The notes under the pieces were generated by a model, which was not told the DNA's origin, did no database searches, and worked only from the letters and a program-made list of their open reading frames with translations. Source: Parcubacteria group bacterium (GTDB taxonomy: Bacteria; Patescibacteriota; Minisyncoccia; UBA6257; JACRHW01). From it: DNA of 64,000 nt. This document shows, one piece after another, positions 19,901-28,804 of the stretch; the stretch's first letter is position 1, and each line of letters opens with the position of its first letter. Position numbers and translations under genes: made by a program. The stretch is from NCBI GenBank assembly GCA_016217555.1, contig JACRHW010000023.1, positions 466 to 64,465 of the forward strand, given 5' to 3'.

Positions 19901-20048
19901 AAATACAGCAACCACAAAAACATCCTTCCTTACCGAAGGGACACAGACAGCAACGCTTGTCGTAACCGATTCTGCGGGAGAGACAGAAACGATTACCAAA
20001 ACATTCAAAATCTCGAAACCATCGTTCCAGGAGACAGCGCCACAGTAG
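16979..20048 (+). pseudogene. Giant surface protein, paralog 2, interrupted by a +1 frameshift in a C5 tract (track ORFs 16979..17617 and 17502..20048)
   Basis: The two overlapping frames align collinearly with paralog 1 (…ITFTP | QITIYKR… versus ITITPKIDIYKR). Removing one C at 17595-17599 restores a single ~1,020-aa ORF with the same architecture as paralog 1. Confidence 0.7.
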
Positions 20049-20062
20049 AAATGTTGAAACCC

Positions 20063-20096
20063 AAAACAAACCCACGCAATTGCGTGGGTTTGTTGT
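20063..20096. terminator. Terminator after paralog 2 (also downstream of the convergent minus-strand gene)
   Basis: AAACCCACGC-AATT-GCGTGGGTTT hairpin. Same structure as the paralog-1 terminator with compensatory G/C swaps. Confidence 0.6.
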
Positions 20097-20123
20097 TATG
20101 TATCATTTCCTACAATGGCTCAC

Positions 20124-20561
20124 TTATCTAAATCGTACAGAAATACTTACCTTATCTATCTCAGAACCGTCCTTTGCAGAATAATCAAAAACCTCAATTA
20201 TTCCTCTCCTACCCTTTGGAAAAATAGAGATGTGTAATTCAAATAAACCAAACTGTCCAACATCAGGTGCTCCCGACATTGCCCGATCCTCAGCAAGAAT
20301 TGTTCCATCCTCGTCCTTTACTCTATATTGAAATACACTCTCGAAGACACGCGCTTCCCCCTTTATGGTAAGGGGAGAGATCACGAACTGATTTGAATGG
20401 GGGCTAATTATAATTATGTTTCCCGAAGACGAAATGCTTTTTGGGTAGTTATTTCCATCCTCTACGATGGACGCATCCTCGTGATAGATAAAACGTAAAC
20501 CCGCAAAGACCACCAAAGAAATAATAGCCATGATTACTACTATATAAAAAATTCTCTTCAT
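20124..20561 (-). CDS. Secreted/anchored protein with an Ig-like (Gmad2-like) beta domain, putative
   Basis: N-terminal anchor helix. The LTIKGEARVFESVFQYRVKDEDGTILAE segment resembles the GerMN-associated Ig-like domain. This is weak recall-based similarity. Confidence 0.35.
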   Translation of the reverse strand: MKRIFYIVVIMAIISLVVFAGLRFIYHEDASIVEDGNNYPKSISSSGNIIIISPHSNQFVISPLTIKGEARVFESVFQYRVKDEDGTILAEDRAMSGAPDVGQFGLFELHISIFPKGRRGIIEVFDYSAKDGSEIDKVSISVRFR

Positions 20562-20565
20562 ACGG

Positions 20566-20922
20566 TTATTTTAACAAAGCAGAAAATGCCTTGAATGGCA
20601 TAAGCACACATTGCTCACGCGCAGAATTCACAGGAAATCCCAGCAATGTTAATGTTTTTTCCTCATCAAATTCAATTAGATTTTTTACCGACTTCCCTGT
20701 GAACTTTTTTGCAAGGAGAGACGCTGATAAACGAGACAAAAAACATCCGTACCCATCAAAACCTATGTTTTTAATAATCCCATCTTCAAGCAAAAAATAA
20801 AACATAAGCCCATCCCCACAGGACTCACTCACCTGTTTTATTTTCTTTGTATATTGAAAAGGTACCCCCTCGAATGGAAGTTTCCCAAGTTTATATTTTT
20901 CTAGATATCCTTGATACGTCAT
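20566..20922 (-). CDS. sufU: Fe-S cluster assembly scaffold, SufU/IscU-like (NifU N-terminal domain)
   Basis: Conserved Cys ligands in SESCGDGLMFY, DGYGCFLS and a downstream Cys. Immediately downstream of sufS (stop/start overlap). Confidence 0.7.
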   Translation of the reverse strand: MTYQGYLEKYKLGKLPFEGVPFQYTKKIKQVSESCGDGLMFYFLLEDGIIKNIGFDGYGCFLSRLSASLLAKKFTGKSVKNLIEFDEEKTLTLLGFPVNSAREQCVLMPFKAFSALLK

Positions 20923-22166
20923 AAGGAAAATATTTTTTTAATGTCGTTAAGCGCCTCAAAAAAAGCATCAATATCCTTTTCATCATTATATAATCCTAAA
21001 CTTATTCTAAGGCTTGCAGGAACTTTTAAAAAAGTGTGGAGTGGCATCGCGCAATGGTGCCCAGCACGCAAGGCAACACCCCTTTCGGCGAAAAGCGATG
21101 CTGCATCGTGTGGGTGTATCCCATTAGAAGCAAAGACACGCTGCGAGCCCTCGCGGCTTCTAACAGGATGTACTCCCTGAATATCAAACGCTACTACACC
21201 GATATTGCCCTCCCGTGGACTTAAAACTCTTGCAAACGAATATGTCTCGAATCTGCGAAATATCTCCTCCACAAGCGCATGTTCATGTTTCTGAATTGCA
21301 TCAAAGCCAATGCGTGTCACACAACGCACCGCTTCAGCTCCTCCAACAACTTCAGCAATAGGAGGTGTACCGGCCTCAAACACATGCGAAGAAGGGAGGT
21401 ACTTTGCATGAGTAAGACCCACCTCAGTTGCCATACCACCCCCCACCATAAATGGCTTCATTTCACACAAGCGACTCTCCTTTATATACAATATCCCAAG
21501 CCCAGTTGGTCCATACATTTTGTGCACCGAAAAAGAAAGAAAATCGCACTGAAGATGTTGTACATCGACGGGAATATGGGGAACCGCCTGCGCAGCATCT
21601 ACAATAAGCGCAATGTTCTTTTTACCAATACTCTCTTTTATTTTTTCTACCGGCACCACATACCCAAGCACGTTTGATACATAGGTAATACAGATGGCTT
21701 TTGTTCGAGAAATAATAAGTCCCTCAAGATCTTTGATATGTAATACTCCAAATCGATCTGGCTTCCAAAAACGTAATGTTAATTTTCTCTCCTTAGCGAG
21801 AAGCTGCCACGGAATAAAATTACTATGATGTTCAATCAAAGAAACCACAATCTCATCCCCCTCCTTACACTGTGTCCTTCCCCATGCATGCGCAACAAGG
21901 TTTAACCCCTCTGTTGCATTTTTTGTAAACACAATCTCCTCCTGTTGTGCATTAATAAACTTCGCGAATGTTTTCCGAGCATCTTCATAAAGTGCATCAG
22001 CCTTTTCTCCTAATCCATAAAAACCACGATGCACGTTTGCATTATCGTGAGTATAAAAATTATTCATCGCATCAATAACCACTCGTGGTTTTTGAGCAGT
22101 TGCAGCGTTGTCGAGATACACTAGATCCTTATTATTTTTAAATATAGGAAAATCGTTCTTATGCAT
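20919..22166 (-). CDS. sufS: Cysteine desulfurase SufS/CsdA (class V aminotransferase)
   Basis: PLP-lysine motif SFSVHKMYGPTGLGILY, active-site HHCAMPLH Cys loop, and N-terminal LDNAATAQKP. Confidence 0.85.
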   Translation of the reverse strand: MHKNDFPIFKNNKDLVYLDNAATAQKPRVVIDAMNNFYTHDNANVHRGFYGLGEKADALYEDARKTFAKFINAQQEEIVFTKNATEGLNLVAHAWGRTQCKEGDEIVVSLIEHHSNFIPWQLLAKERKLTLRFWKPDRFGVLHIKDLEGLIISRTKAICITYVSNVLGYVVPVEKIKESIGKKNIALIVDAAQAVPHIPVDVQHLQCDFLSFSVHKMYGPTGLGILYIKESRLCEMKPFMVGGGMATEVGLTHAKYLPSSHVFEAGTPPIAEVVGGAEAVRCVTRIGFDAIQKHEHALVEEIFRRFETYSFARVLSPREGNIGVVAFDIQGVHPVRSREGSQRVFASNGIHPHDAASLFAERGVALRAGHHCAMPLHTFLKVPASLRISLGLYNDEKDIDAFFEALNDIKKIFSL

Positions 22167-22173
22167 ACATATC

Positions 22174-25100
22174 TTATTTTAACATCTCTCTTAGTGCACA
22201 ATATTCACACTCTTTATCACCACACCTCTTCTCCCAAAACAAGACATTAACGACATCGTGCGCCATAGCAATGATTTGTTCCTCAAGGAGAGCAACTTCA
22301 CTTGTATCAATGTTAAACTTCTCCTTCTTATAAATATCTCGCTCATTGGGTTCAAGAAAGTCTATTTCACCTGAAACCATATGATACTTCCCAGAATCGA
22401 AACGGTCGAGAAGAAGCTTATAAAACACCAACTGTCTCTTATAATCACCATTTGAGTCTTTAGTCAATCCTTCTATCTGGTTCCTAGACTTTGGTTTTCC
22501 TGTTTTATAGTCTACCACATTAACGTCGTTTCCCTGTCCCAATAATTCGATCTTATCAATACGTCCCACAAGACGAATAAGAGCCTCATCTTGTGGAGAT
22601 GTTAGCTCGACTCCTTCGACACGGAATTCATTTAAAACATTGGTATGCCACCCTTCTTTATAACATTCATAATAACCACGCAATGATTTTTCCCCCTTCT
22701 TGAGAAGATCGCTGAACTCTCGCTTCAAGAGAGGTTCTTTTTCTAAAAGCACCCCAAAGCGCTCAAGAAATGCATCCACAGAAATAGTTTCTCCACGCCT
22801 AAGGTGCTCGAATAGTGTGTGTAATGCACCGTGTGCTGCTATGCCATACATGAGGGGTTTTGTTTTTGCCTGTGGAATACGCAAAAGATCAGCATAAAAA
22901 TATTTCCAAGGACATTCAAGATAGCGATTAAGTCCCGTTGCCGAAATACCACGAATTTCAAAAAGATGACGCACAAACTCCTTATCATAGACAGACTCTG
23001 GTGTTGTAATGCGAGAGGCAAAAATAGACACCTTCTCTTCGGGTGAAGAAAAAACACCTCCTCTCTTATCTTCTTCCTCCACATGTTCCTTCTCTATCTC
23101 ACCTATAAACAAAGATGGCATCACGTCTGTTCCATTTTCATCTTGTGCCGAATAGCTTATAACAACCCCCTTCCTTGCTCTCGTGAGTGCTACATAAAAC
23201 AACCTGCGCTCATCATCGCTATCATTATCAACATCATCCGAATCCGGAGAACAAGAAACATCGAGTGGTAGTTTAAAATGCTCTTTTGTCTTTCTACCCC
23301 CCCAATGCCCATCAGACACACCAAAGATATATACATAATCAAACTCGAGTCCTTTTGCTTTATGTGCAGTCATACATTGCACCCCCACAACACGTGTAGT
23401 ATCTCCCCTACTCTTTAATCCAATACGATGACGCTCCATAAGCTCAAGATAGGCGATGCAATCAGAGAGCATAAATGAATCATGATTCCCCACCAAACGC
23501 TCTATCTCTTCGAATAACGCCATTACCTTACTCAAACGTTTTGTGGCATCAGGGCGACTAAGTAAATATCCCAAAAATCCAGATTCTCGGACAATAGTCT
23601 CAAACATAACATGTGCACCAACCTCTGCTGAGAGACCTCTCCATTGGGTAAGGGTCGCATAAAACCGCTCAATCGATTCGCGGGAATCAAGCATCAAAGC
23701 CCTGTCGCGCGAAAGAGAAGATAATATGGCGTACAATGAACATCGTGAAGAACTTGCTCGCTCAACAAGTCGATAAATATCAAAAGGATGGATACCTAAA
23801 AATGAAAGGTGTAGTGCTTTAAGCAGCCACTCATCCTCCCCAAAATAATGAACGGCCTTACATAACGTAATAAGTGCGATAATACTAGGATCCGCCAATA
23901 TACTTTGACCCGACTGAAGAGAAAAAGGAACTGCCGCCTTCTCGAGGGCACCCACAATAGGCACAGCATCTTTGTTGTCTCTATACAATATCGCTATTTC
24001 TTCCGGGGAGACACCATTCTTAATACGTTCTGCTATTTCTCGTGCGAGAAAAAAAAGCTCATCAGTACTCGTCCCAAAAGTACGTATTTTAATGCTCTCC
24101 CCAACAAACGAATCTACTGCTTTAAGTTCCCGACTTATCCCAGAAACTGATTCACCCATACCCCGGGCAAGACCATGTGCCGCATCAAGAATAACCTGCG
24201 TTGAACGATAATTCTCCTGAAGTGCAATCGCCTTAGCACTAGGATATTTTTTTAAAAAGTAAATAAAATTTTGAAGCGAAGCCCCTTGAAAACGAAAAAT
24301 TGCTTGCTTGTCATCACCTACAATAAAAATATTAGGGCTAGTGTCATAACTTGCAAGAAGCTCAAGAAGAGTATTCTGAGCATTATTTACGTCCTGATGC
24401 TCATCGGCAAGAATATAGTGATAACGCTCCTGAAGGGTAAGAAGAAGATCTGGATCAACTCTAAGCATTCGTACTACCTCCATGATCATGTCATTATAAT
24501 CATACAGTCGTCGATCTTTGAGCACACGTTCATATTCACCATACACACACCTCAACTCTTTGTTCTTCTCAATTGATTTTTCAAGCGTCTTATATTCAGA
24601 CTTCATCTTCCCCTCATGCACGCCCTTACTATGGTACAAGTCATCGATTGCCAAAAAACCCTTCTCTTCCTTTTCTACCCGTACCTCAAACTCCACTTCA
24701 TCGATTCCCTCACGCTTCAAATCGCTCAATGCCCTTACGATAGAATGCACATAATATAGTTCATCTCCATGAGGACGTAATATCTGAAGCGGAAGACTAA
24801 GCACCATCTCCTTAATAATTCCGAACTGCTCCGCCTCAGTAATATTCTTAGCGCCAATGATTCTCGGAAACGAATCGGGATATATCTGAATAAGATCATT
24901 ACAAAATCCATGGAATGTCGAAATTCGAACACGATATGCCGGAGCCCCTATAATCTCAAACAACCTCTTTCGCATATTTGCTGCAGCCGCCTCGGTAAAA
25001 GTAAGCGCGAGAATACTATCCGGCGCAATATCTGTTTTCCGCAAAATATTTGCAATACGAAGGGTAAGAATCTGTGTCTTCCCTGTCCCCGGTCCAGCAA

Positions 25101-25191
25101 GCACAACAACAGGACCGTCGATTGCATCAACCGCCTCTCGTTGTCTTGTATTTAATTTTTCATATAATTCCTCGAAGCTCTTTACTTCCAT
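22174..25191 (-). CDS. ATP-dependent DNA helicase, UvrD/PcrA/AddA family, fused to a C-terminal PD-(D/E)xK nuclease with a Cas4/AddB-type 4-Cys cluster
   Basis: Walker A AGPGTGKTQ, UvrD motifs through the ORF, and a C-terminal ...CGDKECEYCAL Cys cluster after a nuclease-like region. 1,005 aa. Confidence 0.8.
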   Translation of the reverse strand: MEVKSFEELYEKLNTRQREAVDAIDGPVVVLAGPGTGKTQILTLRIANILRKTDIAPDSILALTFTEAAAANMRKRLFEIIGAPAYRVRISTFHGFCNDLIQIYPDSFPRIIGAKNITEAEQFGIIKEMVLSLPLQILRPHGDELYYVHSIVRALSDLKREGIDEVEFEVRVEKEEKGFLAIDDLYHSKGVHEGKMKSEYKTLEKSIEKNKELRCVYGEYERVLKDRRLYDYNDMIMEVVRMLRVDPDLLLTLQERYHYILADEHQDVNNAQNTLLELLASYDTSPNIFIVGDDKQAIFRFQGASLQNFIYFLKKYPSAKAIALQENYRSTQVILDAAHGLARGMGESVSGISRELKAVDSFVGESIKIRTFGTSTDELFFLAREIAERIKNGVSPEEIAILYRDNKDAVPIVGALEKAAVPFSLQSGQSILADPSIIALITLCKAVHYFGEDEWLLKALHLSFLGIHPFDIYRLVERASSSRCSLYAILSSLSRDRALMLDSRESIERFYATLTQWRGLSAEVGAHVMFETIVRESGFLGYLLSRPDATKRLSKVMALFEEIERLVGNHDSFMLSDCIAYLELMERHRIGLKSRGDTTRVVGVQCMTAHKAKGLEFDYVYIFGVSDGHWGGRKTKEHFKLPLDVSCSPDSDDVDNDSDDERRLFYVALTRARKGVVISYSAQDENGTDVMPSLFIGEIEKEHVEEEDKRGGVFSSPEEKVSIFASRITTPESVYDKEFVRHLFEIRGISATGLNRYLECPWKYFYADLLRIPQAKTKPLMYGIAAHGALHTLFEHLRRGETISVDAFLERFGVLLEKEPLLKREFSDLLKKGEKSLRGYYECYKEGWHTNVLNEFRVEGVELTSPQDEALIRLVGRIDKIELLGQGNDVNVVDYKTGKPKSRNQIEGLTKDSNGDYKRQLVFYKLLLDRFDSGKYHMVSGEIDFLEPNERDIYKKEKFNIDTSEVALLEEQIIAMAHDVVNVLFWEKRCGDKECEYCALREMLK

Positions 25192-25223
25192 ATTCTTACT
25201 ATATCAGAACATTGTTCACGATA

Positions 25224-25250
25224 ACAAAAAATCGGGCTTTCGCCCGATTT
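25224..25250 (-). terminator. Rho-independent terminator (minus strand) between the kinase-fusion gene and the helicase gene
   Basis: ATCGGGC-TTT-GCCCGAT stem with a T-run on the minus strand. A second weaker hairpin at ~25336-25362 lies directly after the upstream gene. Confidence 0.45.
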
Positions 25251-25365
25251 ACTCATATTGCTCATGATCTATAGTAGTATATTCTAAATAATTCTCTCCA
25301 ATAAAACGCTCATTTTTTGGTACATCAAAAACAAAAAAGAGAGGCTGTCCCCTCTTATATATCTA

Positions 25366-26304
25366 CTACACAAATACACACATTTGTTCTACTGCTTTTT
25401 CGATGCCAACATCCGACTCATTATTTGAAAGAAACACATAAGGAATATCGGATTGCAACGCCTCGGCATCCCATCTTTTGCAATCATCAATACGTCTCCG
25501 TATTGTGGCTTCATCGTCGCCTCGAGTATTAAGCCGTCTCCTTAGCTCATCTTCGGGTGGTGAAAGTACATAAAAGGAAACCACTCGGTGTTCGTAATCT
25601 CCAAATTCCGTAAGACGATTACAAAGAAGCGGTAATACCTCTGGAGTAAGGATCATAAGCCTGAGTCGAGAAGAACCAAATTGTGAAAAAGCATTAAAAA
25701 CAGCTTTCTTTGGTGTACCATACGTATTGCCATGGGCGGACACTATCCATAAGAAATCGGCATTACATTTTTCAAATCTCTCCTGAGAAACATTGTATGC
25801 GTATTCATTAGGAATATCAGTTGGTCTCGGTGAACGACTTGTGAAACTGGTAATCAAACATGAATCTTGCTCCCTCAAAAATCTTCTTATAATACTTGTC
25901 TTACCAACACCCGAAGCCCCCGTAATAGTCATAATTGCTGGCTTTGTCGCTTTTTTATATTCCGACAAACTTCTATACAAAATAGGCTGTCCCTGCACAA
26001 TAGCCTTACGAATACCAAGATGCATTCCTTTTGATACACCTCTGTTCACATACACAACCGTTGCATCAGCTTTTTCCTTCCACGCAAACCCCGCTTCAAT
26101 CCCCAACATTCTTTCTGTGGGAATCTTGTCATCAAGAACTCTCTCTTGGGTATAAAGAAGGTGGCTCGCAAAAGGCGCCTCACCACGAAGAAAACAATCA
26201 TGCATGCACAATCGTGCAAACCGTATATTCTCCTCTGTTCCTTCGTAATTATTTCCTTTGTATGGTGATTCGAGAATGACAAGTTTCATTATATATTCCT
26301 CCAT
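25366..26304 (-). CDS. Fusion protein: N-terminal nucleoside 2-deoxyribosyltransferase/DUF4406-like domain + C-terminal guanylate-kinase-like P-loop domain
   Basis: N-terminal ~110 aa resembles the NDT/Rcl/DUF4406 fold pattern (MKLVILESPYKG...SKGMHLGIRKA). The C-terminus has P-loop GASGVGKTS and SFTSRSPRPTD...EYAY motifs like guanylate kinase (TTRxPRxGE..G..Y.F). Confidence 0.5.
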   Translation of the reverse strand: MEEYIMKLVILESPYKGNNYEGTEENIRFARLCMHDCFLRGEAPFASHLLYTQERVLDDKIPTERMLGIEAGFAWKEKADATVVYVNRGVSKGMHLGIRKAIVQGQPILYRSLSEYKKATKPAIMTITGASGVGKTSIIRRFLREQDSCLITSFTSRSPRPTDIPNEYAYNVSQERFEKCNADFLWIVSAHGNTYGTPKKAVFNAFSQFGSSRLRLMILTPEVLPLLCNRLTEFGDYEHRVVSFYVLSPPEDELRRRLNTRGDDEATIRRRIDDCKRWDAEALQSDIPYVFLSNNESDVGIEKAVEQMCVFV

Positions 26305-26390
26305 TTTAAAAGTACTGCCACTAGTGTACGTAAAAACACTAGAACGCGCAAGACAACATGTTGCACCTCATCTCATCCACACTAAAAAAT

Positions 26391-27650
26391 CTATATCTCA
26401 AAATAGCCCTGAAAGATAAATTCTTTTGCGCGTTTTTCCAATTCGTCACGCCCAAAATATTCCGTAAAAATTTTGTTCCAGAGTGCCTCCTGTTGATGGT
26501 AGGTGTAGGTAATCATCTTTTCTTTTTGTACGAGAGACATTACGGTATCCACAAGATTAAAACTCACAAGCGTATCGTCCCCCTCTTCATTTGTGAAATA
26601 CTCCCCCACCCAATCAAGATTTTCCCAAAATCGCAACGTATGGTCGAGCGCAGGATACACCTCCCCCATACGCATCAAATCCTCTCCCGCACGCGCCCAG
26701 TGAAGTGCTTCGGGATTGATATGGGGTATTTTAAGACGCCAATCGTGAACACCACCCTTCACAAGATAACGTTGTATAACAAACCATGCTATTTTTTCAC
26801 CTTCGACATTATTTACTTTTTCTTCTTTAACGTCACCGCGTAATAAAGAAATAAGATGTTCAGAAAAATCTGCAGAAATCTCTGCGCTTTTTCGCACTAT
26901 ACCAGAATAAAAAGGAATTTCATGTAAATAGTGAAATACCATGCTTATCATCCTCAACAATTCCCCTGAAATACCCAGCTCTACAGGTAATACAAACACC
27001 ACTCCCAACTCCTTAAGATGACTTACGTTGTGCCACTTCTTTTTTACGAATGGCTCCGCAACTCCTCTCCATCGCTCGGAAAGAGTTTTAACCACAATAG
27101 TACGCTCCTCAAAATCATGTGGTGTAAGTTGCTCATATTGCTTGAAAAATATAGTATTAAGCCACTCCGCCCCTTCTACAAATCGCAATGCTGCATAAAG
27201 TTCAAAGAGGTCTTCTTTGGCAACCATCTCCTCCACCGCGGCATAGCCTAAATACGCCATGACTTTTGTGGGAGGTTCCTTAGAAAGAAATTCCTTTGCT
27301 TTTTCCTGCTTGATGAAAAACCCGCTACGAGCCGGAGCTACACGCAATACAGCCTCGAGAATTCGATCGCTATCATCTCTCTTAGACAAGGATGGTCTCC
27401 CAAAAAACTCAAAAATTTTATTGTCATCCGCTTCAACCCTTGAGATAAGCGCGTCGTAACATGCAGCTACCCCATCCTCACGCGCCATCTCAAGTTGCAA
27501 TAACCGATTGTCAACAAGAGTTTCCTGTTCCTCAAAAATACGTTCAATAACCCCAGACTTGCTGGTAACAAACGAAAGCCGTTTACTAATCGTTTCTACG
27601 AGAGCTACATCGACCCGTAATAATTTTGCAATTTTTTCCCGTGAAGACAT
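26391..27650 (-). CDS. Hypothetical protein (419 aa, soluble, no recognized motif)
   Basis: Long uninterrupted ORF directly upstream of, and likely co-transcribed with, the kinase fusion gene. Confidence 0.5.
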   Translation of the reverse strand: MSSREKIAKLLRVDVALVETISKRLSFVTSKSGVIERIFEEQETLVDNRLLQLEMAREDGVAACYDALISRVEADDNKIFEFFGRPSLSKRDDSDRILEAVLRVAPARSGFFIKQEKAKEFLSKEPPTKVMAYLGYAAVEEMVAKEDLFELYAALRFVEGAEWLNTIFFKQYEQLTPHDFEERTIVVKTLSERWRGVAEPFVKKKWHNVSHLKELGVVFVLPVELGISGELLRMISMVFHYLHEIPFYSGIVRKSAEISADFSEHLISLLRGDVKEEKVNNVEGEKIAWFVIQRYLVKGGVHDWRLKIPHINPEALHWARAGEDLMRMGEVYPALDHTLRFWENLDWVGEYFTNEEGDDTLVSFNLVDTVMSLVQKEKMITYTYHQQEALWNKIFTEYFGRDELEKRAKEFIFQGYFEI

Positions 27651-27700
27651 AAAAAAATAAAATACAAGAAATGTGACTTCATTATACAGTGCCCAAGAGA

Positions 27701-27724
27701 AAAATTAAAAGCCCCATTGGGGGC
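27701..27724 (-). terminator. Terminator after the M50 protease gene
   Basis: GCCCC-ATTG-GGGGC hairpin with a T-run on the minus strand. Confidence 0.45.
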
Positions 27725-27737
27725 ATAGTTACTAAAA

Positions 27738-28358
27738 CTACGGCTGTATGGAAACACCAGTAAGCCACTTGAAAACAGCGAACACAACAGGAAGAACGGG
27801 AAGCTTGATCAGCACAAAAATAATGAGCGGGAGAAGAACAATGCTATACATCTCAATTTTTGCACGCCACTCATCAGGAAGCCAAACAGTAAAAAGCCGA
27901 TGGCCATCAAGGGGTGGAATAGGAAGAAGATTAAAAATGCCGAGCAAGAGATTAATAAACGTAATAAGTGCAAGAACTTGAAGAAGGATCGGCATTGTAT
28001 CTAACAGGTTTGAAGAGGCAGAAAAACGGAGAACAAGCCCACAACCTATTGCAACGATAAAATTAACAATAACCCCACCGAGTGTCACACACAAAATACC
28101 TAACCGCTTGGGATATAAATTTTCCTCACAAAAAGGAACTGGTTTTGCCCACCCAAACAAAAACGGAGATTTCATAAGCAGGAGTATGGCGGGCACAACG
28201 ATTGAGCCTAAAGGGTCGATGTGTGCCAGTGGATTTAGTGTTAAACGCCCACGATCGCGAGCGGTCGTATCCCCAAACATCAGTGCAGCTACACCATGTC
28301 CCACCTCATGAATAATTATAGAAAAAATGAGAATAACAATAATCAAGAAAGCTGTCAT
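27738..28358 (-). CDS. Site-2 protease family zinc metallopeptidase (peptidase M50)
   Basis: HEVGHGVAALMFGD (HExxH in a TM helix), a later LDG motif, and multiple TM helices. SD AGGAGGA upstream. Confidence 0.7.
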   Translation of the reverse strand: MTAFLIIVILIFSIIIHEVGHGVAALMFGDTTARDRGRLTLNPLAHIDPLGSIVVPAILLLMKSPFLFGWAKPVPFCEENLYPKRLGILCVTLGGVIVNFIVAIGCGLVLRFSASSNLLDTMPILLQVLALITFINLLLGIFNLLPIPPLDGHRLFTVWLPDEWRAKIEMYSIVLLPLIIFVLIKLPVLPVVFAVFKWLTGVSIQP

Positions 28359-28420
28359 TTTGATCTCCTCCTGTGGTTCGCCGAAGCTTTGTAGCGTAGG
28401 CGACCCCTTGTCGATGAACT

Positions 28421-28450
28421 AAAACAAAAATAGCACGCGAGGTGCTATTT
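28421..28450 (-). terminator. Terminator after the small Cys-rich membrane protein gene
   Basis: ATAGCAC-GCGAG-GTGCTAT hairpin followed by a T-run (minus strand). Confidence 0.5.
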
Positions 28451-28467
28451 GTACAGACAGTATCATT

Positions 28468-28755
28468 TTAGTCCATTATTTGTTCTCCTTTCTTGTCACA
28501 ACATTGTTTCATCCCACCATCTCCACATCCCATCATATTCATGCAGCACTTTCTTTTTTTGAGTTTGAGCGGAGTGGCAAGGATGCCGAGCGCAAGTGTA
28601 TTCATCATCCAAAATATCGCATCATATCCAAACACCTCTCCGTTCCGAGCCGCAACCCATGCTAGGATCAAAGATACAAATCCAAGAAACCAAAGAAGAC
28701 CTCCCAACATTTTTACACACCCGCATGTTTGATGCCACGTATCACATTTCATCAT
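28468..28755 (-). CDS. Small two-TM membrane protein with Cys-rich termini (putative metal-binding)
   Basis: 95 aa. N-terminal CDTWHQTCGC, two hydrophobic helices, and C-terminal KCCMNMMGCGDGGMKQCCDKKG. Confidence 0.45.
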   Translation of the reverse strand: MMKCDTWHQTCGCVKMLGGLLWFLGFVSLILAWVAARNGEVFGYDAIFWMMNTLALGILATPLKLKKRKCCMNMMGCGDGGMKQCCDKKGEQIMD

Positions 28756-28804
28756 ATAGTTACTATAATTAAAACTCCCTACTTCGACCTTTTACATTTT
28801 GAGT

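Noticed and set aside
13138-20048. Sortase (LPxTG) or PEP-CTERM/exosortase sorting signals for the TM+basic-tail segments of the giant proteins
   Set aside because: No LPxTG-like or PEP motif precedes the hydrophobic helices (sequences read …LSYQGTLRAWVYG… and …LTLFPLSKKIIYS…). The helix is also internal, not C-terminal, so a classical sortase substrate is not supported.
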